Positions 21,778-34,249 of a DNA stretch of 39,045 nt are shown one piece after another; positions within the stretch are counted from its first letter, which is position 1; every line of letters starts with the position of its first letter. Under the pieces are notes generated by a model that was not told where the DNA came from, searched no databases, and saw only the letters and a program-made list of their open reading frames with translations. Both the position numbers and the translations under genes were made by a program. Source of the DNA: Squatina squatina (taxonomy: Eukaryota); contig JARFOE010000121.1 of the NCBI GenBank assembly GCA_031763465.1, positions 1,196,633 through 1,235,677 on the forward strand, in the 5' to 3' direction.

Positions 21778-22655
21778 AAGAGGCATCAAATACAAAAGCA
21801 GGGAAGTAATGTTCCATTTGTATAGGAACTTACTTAGTCAGCAGCTGGCATACGTGAATAGTTTATACACCCGATTATAGGAAAAATATAAAAACAATGG
21901 AAAAAGTGCAGCAGAGATTCCCTAGGATATTATCAGGGATGTGGGATTATAGTTATGAAAGGAAGAACGTGCACTTATATAGCGCCTTTCATGACCTCAG
22001 CACACGCTAAAGTCCTTCACAGCCAATTAACAATTTTTGAAGTGTAGATTGTTACAGGTATAGAACTGTTCTGCTGAAGCATCTATACCCAAAACGTTAA
22101 CCTACAATTACTGCTGGCCCTGCTGTGTGTTTCTGGTATACTCTGTTTTTAGTTGTAAAATAAAGGTTTGAAGAGGGGACATCTATGAATGTGCATGTGA
22201 GGTAACTATAAACCTGGACAAATGATGGTGTCACCATGAAGAACCGATTGAAGAAATAGTTGAGAAGTTATAGTTTTTTTCCACTAGGGTTGAGAAGGCT
22301 ATGGGATGACCTGATAGAGGTCTTCCAGGTTATGACAGTTACAATGTGGTAGATAGCGATTAATTGTTTCTACTGGTCAGCGATATGATAGTCACAAACA
22401 AAATTAAAGAGGCAGTTTGAAAAAATGTTCTCGCTCACAGAAATATGGAATTCTCTGTCACAAATTGTTGTTGAAGCGAAGTCCGTAAACTCTCTCAAAA
22501 ATGCTGTTAGGTAGTTGCTTCAACAAAAGGAATATTACTGGAGATGAAGAATGTGTAGGGGGGTGTGATTAGACTCGGCGGCTCATATAGAGAGAAACCA
22601 CAGTGCTAACTCGATGACAGAATTGCCTGGTTCAATGCTGGTAATGCTTCTACAT
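21778..22655 (+). mobile_element. CR1 LINE 3' end with nested insertions (SINE/L2 tail at about 21962-22050 on -, Penelope-like piece at about 22070-22150)
   Basis: RGIKYKSREVMFHLYRNL..., resuming at about 22260 with RRL.DDLIEVFQVM. Degenerate CR1 tail near 22610-22655. Confidence 0.8.
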
Positions 22656-23325
22656 TGCCTTGTTACATTGCTGAAGTGACTCAAAATGCTTTGCATAATG
22701 AAGTGCTATTGGAATATACTGAGCTTCTCTGTCAGCTCGTGATTCAGCATTTCTGTGCCAACAAATGCCACAAGAGGACGAAATGACAATTATTCTGACA
22801 TTGAACACAAATTGATACTCTTGCCTGCTTGTTCAAACAAATTGATTCACACACGAGCACTTTCTTATCAAAATTGAAAATTAACAAGCAGGCAAAACTG
22901 GCTATGAAGTAAAATATTTCGACATCTATCTGAATACAAAAGCCTGCAGAAGTTTCATATGACCCAGGTGTACTATTTGAATTTATGTCATCAAAGAATG
23001 CACTAAGTCACATTTAAACGTCAGGGTTAAGAACTTGTTAAATCTACAGTCTACCCATATCCTAAAAAGGGAAATGGCCTGCAGCTCAGCTCAGGTTTTA
23101 CAAACAAAAGAGAAAAGTGCAAAGGTGTCTTGAGATTCAATTACCTGAAGGCATGTGATCCTAAAAACATGTTTAGACTGAGCAAGTCACCAGTACAGCC
23201 TGGGCTACAGCTCTAGACACAAGAGNNNNNNNNNNNNNNNNNNNNNNNNNNNNNNNNNNNNNNNNNNNNNNNNNNNNNNNNNNNNNNNNNNNNNNNNNNN
23301 NNNNNNNNNNNNNNNNNNNNNNNNN

Positions 23326-23561
23326 TATGAGAAACAAGGCAGTGGCAATGTAATTGCTTAACGAGATGTGTCACATGAAACTGGTTGCAAAATTCAAAAG
23401 AGTGCCCCTCCAGCGCCTCTTTGCGGCTCTCGGAGGCTGGCACAGCACCACGCCTGGATTTGTCAAGAACTTCAACCAACCTTGCAACACTGGGTGATCG
23501 CAATTGGGACGCTATGGTGTGCTGCAGCGTTTGGAGCGCGGGGCACATGAATTTCAGCCCC
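23326..23561. mobile_element. MITE right end (Harbinger-like), cut off by gap
   Basis: GC/CpG-rich block ending GAATTTCAGCCCC, similar to termini at 24944 and 25541. Confidence 0.6.
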
Positions 23562-23799
23562 AAAGAATGTAAGAACTGACACAAAACCTAGTTTTTCACT
23601 GCAGTCAGTCAGGATAAACATATCCTGGTCTAACGGAGAGAAGACGTTTAAAGATTCTAACAAACTTCAAGTGATCGTTGGTTTGGCCACAGGGCACTTG
23701 AAGACTCCAGGACAAGTTAAGTTGCATTCATATTTAATCCATGTGTTAGTGGTTAAATAAAAGATCTCTGTGAGAGATAGTGTATCTGTGAATTTCTGG

Positions 23800-24943
23800 T
23801 AAGGCGGATTCAAGTCTATGTACCCGACTCTAACACCCAGGTTGCAACTTCACCTACCTAGGCAGGCCCAGTATGGATGAAATAGGTGGCAAGTTGCAAC
23901 CCTGCTCCTGGCTCCAGCCTGCTCTCTGAAAAGAATCTTCCATTGATGGGGCTTGTTAAGTCCGCCCTGCGAGGTTCTCGGCCAACTAAAAGGAAGTGGG
24001 TCTGATGACATCATTTGATAACACATCATCAGCCAGTTTCCTTAAAGGGACCATGCCTACATACATTCTGACAGTTGTGCTGTCAATATTCTGCAGCATT
24101 GAGGTGCTGTAAACACTGACAAGCACTGCACAAAGGTGCACGGCTGCACCCAGGTCCTCCCATCACTCCCTTCAGATGCTCATGGAAGGAGTCACAGCAA
24201 GCATAGAGGTTCTCTTCCCTTCCCATGGGTGGAAGAGGCCTCCCCAGGACACCAACGCAGCCTGGTTGCACATTGCACAGGAGGACACAAACAGGGATGT
24301 CGTCAGGAGGACCAGGCTGCACTGGCACAAACCTTTCAATAATCTCAGTAGATCACAAAAAATTCTACTGCAAAGCCACACTCAACCTTTTCCTGCTGTG
24401 CCATTCATCACATCCCCATCATTCTGCCTTCCCTACCCTCCCACTGCACATTCTTACTCACACCAACTTACCTCGTGCCTCCACCCATCCCTCTCTCTCT
24501 ATCTACATTATCACATCCCCGTCTCACTAGCCAGCCCTCACACTCACCCTTATCCTTGTCGAATCATACCAACTAACAAGACACAAGGGTAGGCACTTGG
24601 GTGCTATCGCCAATGCTGATGTAAAGTTTCTGCTAATGTGTTGTCAAACATTGAAATCTTTATTTTCAACACTTTGCCTTCTTGAACAGATCTGTGTGCA
24701 CTTTTTGAAGTGGCTTAGTAAGTTGTAGTGAATGGTGAGACATAACGTTACCCCTGCAATGGTGATGAGTATGAAAGGAATGGCGTGGTCATTGTAGAGA
24801 TGCTTTATAGTGCTGGGATGGGCTGATGCCAACTTGGTGCATCATGTGGCAGCCAGCGTGTAGAATGTCAAGTGAAGTAAATCTGGCCACAGGAGGCCAC
24901 CCCTGGCGTCCCGGGCAGCAACGTGGTCAGGTGCTGATACCCT
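23800..24943 (+). mobile_element. Harbinger-type transposon relic carrying a decayed Myb/SANT-like gene; boundaries approximate
   Basis: Subterminal palindromes at 23840-23901, Myb-like coding block at 24143-24360, then a C/A-rich intron-like tract. Confidence 0.6.
24143..24360 (+). pseudogene. Myb/SANT-like DNA-binding domain (Harbinger accessory ORF; NAIF1/MSANTD-like), degenerate
   Basis: AAPRSSHHSLQMLMEGVTASIEVLFPSHGWKRPPQDTNAAWLHIAQEDTNRDVVRRTRLHWHKPFNNLSRS follows the PRFS..L..L...V......LF...W..IA..V....RT..QC.K.FNDL pattern, with several core residues lost. Confidence 0.7.
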
Positions 24944-25541
24944 GAGGCTGAAATTGCCTGTCGCGTGTTTAAAACGCGTACGGGGTGGGAGCCGGCATTT
25001 TGCTCGCCGGCGCCCACTCCGGCCCTCCCGGAATTCACTGCACTGGGGCGCCTGCGGGACACAGGGCGCTCCCGAATACTCCTGGGGCAGCCAGGGTCAG
25101 ATGCCGCTGGTATGACTTCAGCGCTATGCCACTAGCCTCTGAAATGCCACATTAGCACATGCCACCAGCCTGGCACGCCAGTTGGTGTGCCAGGCGAGGC
25201 AATGGTGGCCCGATCCGGCCGAGGGACTGCCATTTATCGGCCGACTATGAAGTCAGCTGATAAATAAAAATGGCGGCCGGAGGGGCAGACACCCTCCCTT
25301 TAAGGACCCCATTGCAGCAACAGGTTTTACTGTCGCTACAACCGCCCCACGCTGCGGCCTCACATGTGGGACGTGCCGACCTGCCGCGAAGTTCAGCTGG
25401 GCAGGCACAAAGGCCTTGGCACCTCAACTGAATTTCCCGGGAGGCGAGATGGTTGCCTACCGACGCCATTTTCTTTTTAACGCCCCATTAGCGGCCCTCG
25501 GAAGCACTAATACGACGTTAAAGGAGGCCAATTTCGGCCCC
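24944..25541. mobile_element. CpG-rich MITE-like element (Harbinger type), about 600 bp
   Basis: Left GAGGCTGAAATTG and right CAATTTCGGCCCC are imperfect TIRs. Internal AAAATGGCG / CGCCATTTT inverted pair. No clean TSD. Confidence 0.65.
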
Positions 25542-27498
25542 AAGGTTTTCCAAAATGTAGCCCCTCCCAATTATCCACTGGGGTTGTAGGGGTCTACTCC
25601 ATGGAGAATACTGGAGGTGATACTCTAAACCTGGTCAGCATGCTAAAGAAACTTTACAAAACGTAATTCAGTTCTTCGCAAAAGGACATAGTTTTAAAAT
25701 ACTTGAGATACTGCTGCTCTATCTGTGCGACTACAAAGTTGCAGGGTTTTTTATTTTCTTATTGGTGAGAACATAAAATCCTTTGAAGATTTACCTAATT
25801 GAATTACATTTTTAGTCACCAATGAAAGTTCTAAATATCATTGGAAAATTATTNNNNNNNNNNCACAACAGCCCATTATGTTGTTCATTATGATTTTTTT
25901 TCTCTTTTGGCCTCTGTTTTTATCCCTGCCGCTCCAGGCCATGCACATCATAATTTATCACCAACAAAGGTCTTGTGGTCGCAGGAATTCCACAACTCTG
26001 TGGTTTAATAGGTGCTTTGGAATTTCTCGACAGTCAAACGGCCCGTAGAAGCCTAAAAACATACAAATTGGACTAATTGACAGACTGAACTTGTGCTTTG
26101 TGCACAAAAGATTTTTTTTTTAACTAACTATTAAATATTTCTGAAGGGTCTGTGAAAGTATTCACATCTGGGCTTGGTTGAGCTGGGATTAATGTTACGA
26201 TGGGACTGCGGTGACTGCCTCAGGCCGGCAGATGTACATACCTTTCCGATGGAGTGCACATCGCGGATGTACTGGCATGGGCCGTGCAGGCTCTCTCACT
26301 GTCTGCCCTCGCGTTCACAAGCAAATGCATCAAGTGAATCAGTGAATGGAACAAAAGCACAGAGACTGATGTTCACAGTATTGGAGCTCATTCTTGTGTG
26401 AGAAGGTCAGTTTGTACTAGTGAATGCTCACTGCGACATTTTGTTTAAAAAGTGAGCTTACTGTGACCCCTGCTGGTTAATAGGAGGTAAAGCATCAAAT
26501 GGCAACTGGCTGCTGTTGCTGTCCAAGGCATGTTTTGTATCATATAACATTTTACCTTCTCAATCTTCTTTAAAGCTTATTAATTGGATATTTGAAAGAT
26601 TTAGAATGGCTAATTTAATAAACATTATGAACTGAACTACCTTACACCAAACTTTTCAATTTACCAAGCCAATGGGTCCGAGAATATATAACATTTACAA
26701 ATTATACATTAAAATAATGATAATTACGAGGAATCTTTGATATATTATGGATAGTTTGAAAGATGTTGCATCACCTTACCTAAGATTTAGGATTTTTTAA
26801 TAAATCGGAGAAAAAAAAGCCTAAACATGCCGATTTTTCTTCTTTGATGAAATATACCTCCTGCATGTGTTCTCATTATTAAAGAATGAAATAGTTTCCT
26901 CCTTTCCCATCCTACCTTCTCCCTGAAGTGCTTGTGATTCGCAATACCTGCAGGATACAAATAACCCTAATTAAATCTGGCAGGATACATGGAAACAATA
27001 CCCAAAAAGTCTTAGTTAAGCCTTGTAAAGTTCCCAAGACAAATATTTCTTTCTGTATGAATGGTATCCTGGGACTTGTCCAGTTTTATTCAATAAAAAT
27101 GTAATTAGTCATGTTGTTCTGTGGTGTTTGTTTCCCGAACACTTCTCAGTGTGGAACTGTGTGATGCAACTGACTGACTGCCAAAGCAGTGCCATGTTAC
27201 TGTGCTTTCTTTTTCAGTTTACAATGGAGGGTCTTGTGACTAGTCCGGCTATCAGTGTTTACCCCTGGCACACTCCGTGTAAGGTACGGTCAGATCGAGT
27301 TATTGATAGAAATTAGTTGGGGTAAATAAACTGTCCCATAATTTACCTCATTGCTAAGATTGTGGTACAATAACAAAGTTAAATATTTTTATTGCGCANN
27401 NNNNNNNNNNNNNNNNNNNNNNNNNNNNNNNNNNNNNNNNNNNNNNNNNNNNNNNNNNNNNNNNNNNNNNNNNNNNNNNNNNNNNNNNNNNNNNNNNN

Positions 27499-27613
27499 TT
27501 AAGGTTGAGAAAGCTAATGTTTTCACCACAGAACTCGCAAGATCTTTGTGGGCAGCTTTCTTCGAGGTCAGCAGAGAGCCCTGTCGCTTCACTGCTGACC
27601 GAAATTCCAGGCC
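27499..27613. mobile_element. MITE right end related to the 4930-5627 element
   Basis: Ends GAAATTCCAGGCC. Its reverse complement GGCCTGGAATTTC is 12/13 identical to the TIR start at 4930. Confidence 0.55.
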
Positions 27614-30600
27614 TTGGCCAGCGGTGGGGCTGAAAGAATACAAGAATTGTTCTGGGACTTAGAACTCTCTGTTATGACAGGGCCTCACAGAGCAGAACTG
27701 AGGAGGAGACAAGAATGGAATGCGACTGCTATGAATTGTAAGGATGGATCAACATCCAAGCATTTTGCCTGTGGAATCAGAAAGAAATTTCACATAGTTT
27801 AATCTTGGAGATTTACCTATGGTTGGGTGTCTCCCTCAGAAGATTGGGTGCATTGAGTAATGCCCACAATAAAGCAAAATATATTTTATTTAACGAAAGA
27901 ATGAGCCTAAGGATCTTATTGGCCTTTTGTAGCCCAATAATTTATTTTCTTTGACATTTAGGTCCTCATGTGACAGTGATTCCATGGTCTATAAGGCAGG
28001 TTATGTGCTTCCAAAATCTGTCTGTACTGCTGCCAGGAAGTGCAATACGTGTAGTAGCAGACAGCAATACAATACTTTTCCATTCATCGAACGCTCGCTA
28101 ATGTCTTAAGCAGCTATTTGTTACGTCCCTGTTGATGCGAGCACTCCTATATGAATGGGGCCCCGGGCAGATGACATCACCTGCAACGCCTTAACAAGTA
28201 GTTCAAGTTCTCGTGGACTTCAGGTAATAATAATACTGCCACTTCAAGATTAAGAGCGTGTTTACACTTCCAAAACATCAATAACTGACTTGCTATTGAA
28301 TATTGACTCCAAATAGTTGAAACATGTACATTTATGATATTCAAATACTGCAAAATATTTTAATTGTGGTTGGCAGACCTGAAAATGTAGTTTGCCAATA
28401 GCTGATAGGAAAGCCCCAGGGAATCGATGCAGTAGCCAAAAATCTGAAATCTTTCAGTTATGGAGATGATGGCCAGGAACGCGTAGAAGTGGACTATAAG
28501 TCAGAAGAGTGTTTTGATCTCCATTTCCCATTTATTTTGTTCAATCATTTTTTTGAGTTATTCATGTTGTTTCACACATGAGCGCGTCGTTACATTAATT
28601 AGATCAGATAAGAATNNNNNNNNNNNNNNNNNNNNNNNNNNNNNNNNNNNNNNNNNNNNNNNNNNNNNNNNNNNNNNNNNNNNNNNNNNNNNNNNNNNNN
28701 NNNNNNNNNNNNNNNGTGTGACTCCCATCAGAGATGTGCTTGTGCGCTGCGCACACCATTTTGGACCTCGTATGGCACTAGTAGTGCCCATTTCTGAATT
28801 TTGCACCGAGTGTGTTCTCTACTTTATGAAGGCTTGAAGAGCAGGTACAAGTGTGAAAGTTAGTAAAATTACCCGGGCTTTCAGTGCTGCACCACATGGC
28901 ACTGATGGATGGTGAGTATCCCATTAAAAGCAGTGTTTGGTATTGAATAGAGGCTTAATTTCCTGCACAGCAGTTTGTATTTTATGATAAACAATTTTGT
29001 TCACATGACCCAGGTCTAGAGAAACAATACTTCAGGCAATTCCATTCCCTCTGGTCGAGTACTGCTATCTTAGCACATTCACTAATCTGTATAAAATAAA
29101 GGCATAAGTCTATATTAAAATAGTTTGCAAAGAAAGTTTATGTGAATATGTTAATCACTGCAATGCCAGAGGAAATTAAACCCACCTGCAAATTTTGTTA
29201 CATGTAATAAATTTCATTTCAGAATAACGTAGGTTTTAACAACATTTTATTTTAGTCAGGAATTATCAACAGCGCAAACTTTGATAATATACATTTACTC
29301 ATTCATCACAATCCTTTAGATCCACACTGACAAAGAGATCTACCAGTAACAAAGGTGCTGATTTATACAGATACCTGTTTTCCCATACATGGTGCAGTAC
29401 AGTACTACAGCATTATATAGTGCCATATTGCATAGTACAACAGGGACAGATTTCAACTATTGTAGCCACCTGTCCAAATCAGAAAAAAATGTTGGTAATA
29501 AAATTTAAAAGGTTCCTCTTAGAACAATGAATCAGTTTGTGTTTTAGCTTCTCGTATGTTTATAAATATATTTGTACCACGTGCAGTGAGCCAGTCACTT
29601 CGCATTCATTGTCTCTCATTCAGTAGACCTAAGATCAGTCATAAAAGCAAAACGGCTCACATGGATTTATCTCTCAATGGTTTTTTTCAATATTTAATTA
29701 GATACACATCAACCATTTGTAAAATCTTGTTGACAAAATTAACAATTGCATCCAATCTGCAGGAGGAAATGTCTAACAGTATAAATTTTCAGCAGCTTTA
29801 TATTAATGACAAAATACTTGAATTCTAAAGGAATTATATACAATAAATGTCTTTGGACTGAAGGAGTCATTGGAATGAGTGCTTTTAATGATGTGACTTT
29901 GTGAGTGTCATTGTAGGGCCTTGCCCACCAGCATTGCGTATCAGAAACCTGCTAGCAGGCTGCCCATTGTCCAATCATACAATCTCACGGAGTGTGCATC
30001 TGATCTCCTCTCCTTGACTGCTGGTGGGCAAAGCTTGACTTCAGCAGCACAGACTCGTAAAATGTCCCCTTTGCCCTTTCCATTTTAAGNNNNNNNNNNN
30101 NNNNNNNNNNNNNNNNNNNNNNNNNNNNNNNNNNNNNNNNNNNNNNNNNNNNNNNNNNNNNNNNNNNNNNNNNNNNNNNNNNNNNNNNNGCAGTCTCATG
30201 GGGGAGTGAAGGGTAAATCAGAGGTGTCCTTCCCTGGGTTGTACTCATTAGTATCCTTACAGCCAGTCACCAAGTAGCAATGGCTATGTCTTGAGAAGCA
30301 GATTTCTCTCTTCTTGAACAGGGTGAAAAAATGAATCTTAACTAATGCTCTAATGAAAGATATTGAAAATTCAGCACATTTCATGAATTCTAATTTCTCC
30401 ATTATATAAAAGACTTCATTTGATAACATCTACTGGACTGGATCCTGTATCATTTAATGCAATTTAAAAGTTGCATACAATTATAACCTGATTTAAATTG
30501 AAAGCAAGATGAAGCACAGATTCGTTATTCAGCCTTGAAGCGAATCTCCTTGGCTAGGCTTGTGTGCAACCTGCAGACTTCCATCACGTGTACTGCTTGC

Positions 30601-33389
30601 TGCATTATGTCTGAGCTTTATGTAAGGCTGGTGCACAGCAATTGTAAAAGGTATGGTTTAAGTCTACCCTGCGGTTCAAATTCAGATTGCAAGTCTAATC
30701 TTTGTCAACTGTTATCACTGGATTTTCAGATTTCCTGAAAATTAGAGGGCTTTTTGATTATGCTTTATTTGACACCACAAATATATTGTTTAATATCAGT
30801 TTTAAATGTAAATATGTACACTGTCATTTAAAAATATAGTTGAACCTTCCGTTTCTAACACATACTAAATTGGCTGCATTACAATCAGTTCCCTTGAAGC
30901 TATACCAGTACAACAGCAGGTTCCACACGACAAATGTGGATACAATTAACATCCAAAAATTAGGATAGAGAAAAACCTAATTCTTGCACACTCCTCCAAT
31001 GCCTGCAGCCCCACGAATTAGCTGCAACATTAACTCATCCTAAAATCCTGTGCATTTCTATTATATTGCATTGTGATATGAGTTCTTTCTGCATTCAGTA
31101 ATATTTCCGTGGCTCCTTTGCTTTCTTTNNNNNNNNNNNNNNNNNNNNNNNNNNNNNNNNNNNNNNNNNNNNNNNNNNNNNNNNNNNNNNNNNNNNNNNN
31201 NNNNNNNNNNNNNNNNNNNNNNNNNNNNCAAAAATAAAAGATAAAATAAATATTCAAGAACTGAAAACATTGGTGAGGAATGTCCCAGTTATCTTGAGTG
31301 ATGTTTGGGCCAATTCTTTTACATGAAGAATGAATGCCATTCTGGTGCCTGGTCAGGTGGTGTCCCCTGAATAATGTAGTCTCCTTGAGAGATATGCATT
31401 GGAGTATGGTGTGGATCACGCCTGAGACTCTTGGCATTGGAGGCCTTCAAATGTGGGCAGTAGGTTGGTTGGGTGGGGATCATGAAGTATATTGGTGGGG
31501 GTACACTCGTGAGGCTGCTCAGAGATTTGGGGGTGTATTGTGCTGCTTGTGGAAGGGGAGGGACTTATTTGACCCAAGTTAGTGGGTGAATTTGCAAATT
31601 ATTATGAACTTTTACATGTCTATTGTGTTATAAATGTTTATGTTTGGGGCTATATAGTGGAACTGTTATAGCTGCTATATCATGGAGAATTCTTAATTGG
31701 AACATGATTAGAGAGAAAATAGAAATGGAAAGAAAGATTTTGTGCAATATGATTGATCACTAGCAAAAGTGGAAAGTAACCAATTAGAAAGAGAAAAAAG
31801 GCAGCTTGTAAAACTTAAACAATGAGGGAGAGCAAAAAAATTGATTGTTGGCTCGACAGTTACAAAGTAGATGACAGAGTTGGAGTGCATGATAGAAACA
31901 AGAAAAGTTATAAAGACTGAGAATTCGCCATCCTCTCTGAATCAGAAACAGTACCAGGTGGCTGTTTTTCAGACCGCAATCCACTTCATTCTCAAGGATT
32001 ATGATGTCATTGGAACCCCCTCAATTGGATTACTGCCTAATACTTCCTGACAGCTGTCCAGAATCCTTTATGCACCATGACATATCATCACTCATGCCTT
32101 GATGAGGAAGTGCTATGCCTGATTCATCCACATTTTGCTTCCTAAATGTTCGTACTGAATGCTTAATGGCGAAACAGAGACCCCACTAAAATTTCTCAGC
32201 TCACAAATCTGACTTACTTTCACTTTAAAGAGGGAATCTCACCATCAGTACATACATCTTTCTTTTTATTCCCTTACTCTATAAATGTAAGTTTGTTTTG
32301 AACATACTTGTTTTAACCGGGGGTGCTCCTGACAACATTTATAGTAATAGCTTTGGGGAGTTTAGTGAGCTTGATGTGCGGGGAAAGCTGTATTAATGAA
32401 TAAACACAGTTGGAAAAACACAATCACTGAAGCATGCTGGATTAAGAACTACTGATGGCTAATTCAGCTCCTGCGCATTACCAGCTGTTGTATTTCCTCC
32501 TCGTATTGTAGTCTCCTTGAAGGAATCGCATGGTTTGAGCTGGACTGGGGGAGCGGTGCTGGGAGGCTCTGAGCCTGGGAAGCCAGTGAGCTGAGCAAGG
32601 ATCAAGAAGCGTAAGGGAGTAGGTGTTGGAGTTGAGCCTCTTTCAGAAGCGCCTTGTAATCGAGGCACCTCATTTTAGACTCAAAATTACAGGGTGGGGG
32701 GAATATTTAAGAGAAAAAATAACACTTGCAAAGAAAATTAATCAAATAAAAGAAACTGCAATGCTGATATCCAGCCTAGCAATACAATTCCAGCAAAGCT
32801 GAAACCAGGTAATAATAATTAGGAGACCTGCGACATACAGGTCATTTTATGTTCTGGATACTCAGCCAGAAATGCAATACACAGCTACTAAAATATTTAC
32901 AAATACAGAGACAATTTAAATAACTTAATACACCTGTGCCTTTCCATGTATTCTCTTCTTGAAATAAAAGTTGAATGAATATGGCCCAAATACTAAACGG
33001 TTGCTGATTGTCTGTAATGTGACCTGTGGTGGGGTTTATTTCTGCTGACTGCAAGGCTTGCCTGATACTTGCCTAGGGTTGAATTACGAAGCATTTATCC
33101 AGCTCATTATCAGGGAAGGAAAGCCTATGCAGATGGGCTGCACCTGGTTCTGCTTCTGCATAAACTAATCATGTCTTTCGTGTAGACTGTGTAATGTGCA
33201 ATAATAGCCAGCATAACTGAAATAAATTAAATAACAAGAAAAAAAAATCTTTTTTGAAAAGATACTTACCTTACTGGGAATGGTTTTAANNNNNNNNNNN
33301 NNNNNNNNNNNNNNNNNNNNNNNNNNNNNNNNNNNNNNNNNNNNNNNNNNNNNNNNNNNNNNNNNNNNNNNNNNNNNNNNNNNNNNNNN

Positions 33390-33625
33390 GGTGGGCCTTC
33401 CAAATAGCTCCAGCAAACTCGAGTTAGGAAGGGAAAAATCAGCAAAGGGAGTCACTGTTGATCACCTTCCAATAATTCCTGCTGGAAATGCACATGTGAG
33501 GACTGGATTAGGTTTGGCTTTAATGATAACGCTTGGTCAAATCAAACTCAGTTCCGAGGATCACAAATGAGAAATGGACACTTAGTGAGGTTCCAGGAGG
33601 CACCTTTGGAACGATAGCATAACAA
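33390..33625 (+). mobile_element. AmnSINE2-like ancient SINE, 3' part
   Basis: TTAGGAAGGGAAAAATCAGC...CCTGCTGGAAATGCACATGTGAGGACTGGAT...GATCACAAATGAGAAATGGACACTTAGTGAGGTTCC. Confidence 0.6.
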
Positions 33626-33949
33626 AAAGTAAATTAGGCTCTTTGCAATACCTAGGGAATACTCAGTTCCCTGGTGCTACAGAGACAAAAAAAGGGACAT
33701 AGGCATGCTATGTCCCTATTATGTTACCCAGGGCTTTCCTGAATCAGCAGATGTGGGTAAGTACCTTAAATAGGCACAGGTCAGCAGTTAGGGAAATAAA
33801 ACGGTTGGGGAAGTTTCTGGCCTTTCCACTTCAACCTGCTCCACATACACCCAAATGCCTGCATGCCCCCCAAAAATCTTTCAGTGTTACTTGCTTCAGG
33901 GTCCTCCACAGTCTGAAAGGTTTGGGGGAGCCCAATAGTAACTCAAAGA

Positions 33950-34185
33950 GGACAACAGCAGAAGATAGGGCATTTATTTCCCTCGCCCAGCAGGGCCCTT
34001 GGGTATTGGGTCTTACTGGATGCTTGCTTTAGAGTAGCAGCCATAAAGTCCTGACGTCAGTGGCAAGGACTGCAGCTGCCTTTCTGTTTCTGCCTCTGGT
34101 TCCCAATGTAAGGCCCTGCCAGATGTCGGGTTGCTATGGGGACATGCCTGGGCCATGCACGAGGTGGGCCGATGAAAATCGGCCC
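33950..34185. mobile_element. Probable MITE right portion; left boundary unclear
   Basis: GC-rich block ending GAAAATCGGCCC, similar to other termini here. Confidence 0.4.
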
Positions 34186-34249
34186 TCACATGTTCAACAG
34201 AATGGCAAATTGGCAAGAAAAATCATTCAACATTAAACACTCGCTGCAG

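Noticed and set aside
31325-31660. Possible Tx1/L1-type LINE 3' end (G/T-rich, LERYALEYG.. remnant)
   Set aside because: Too degenerate to support without a search.
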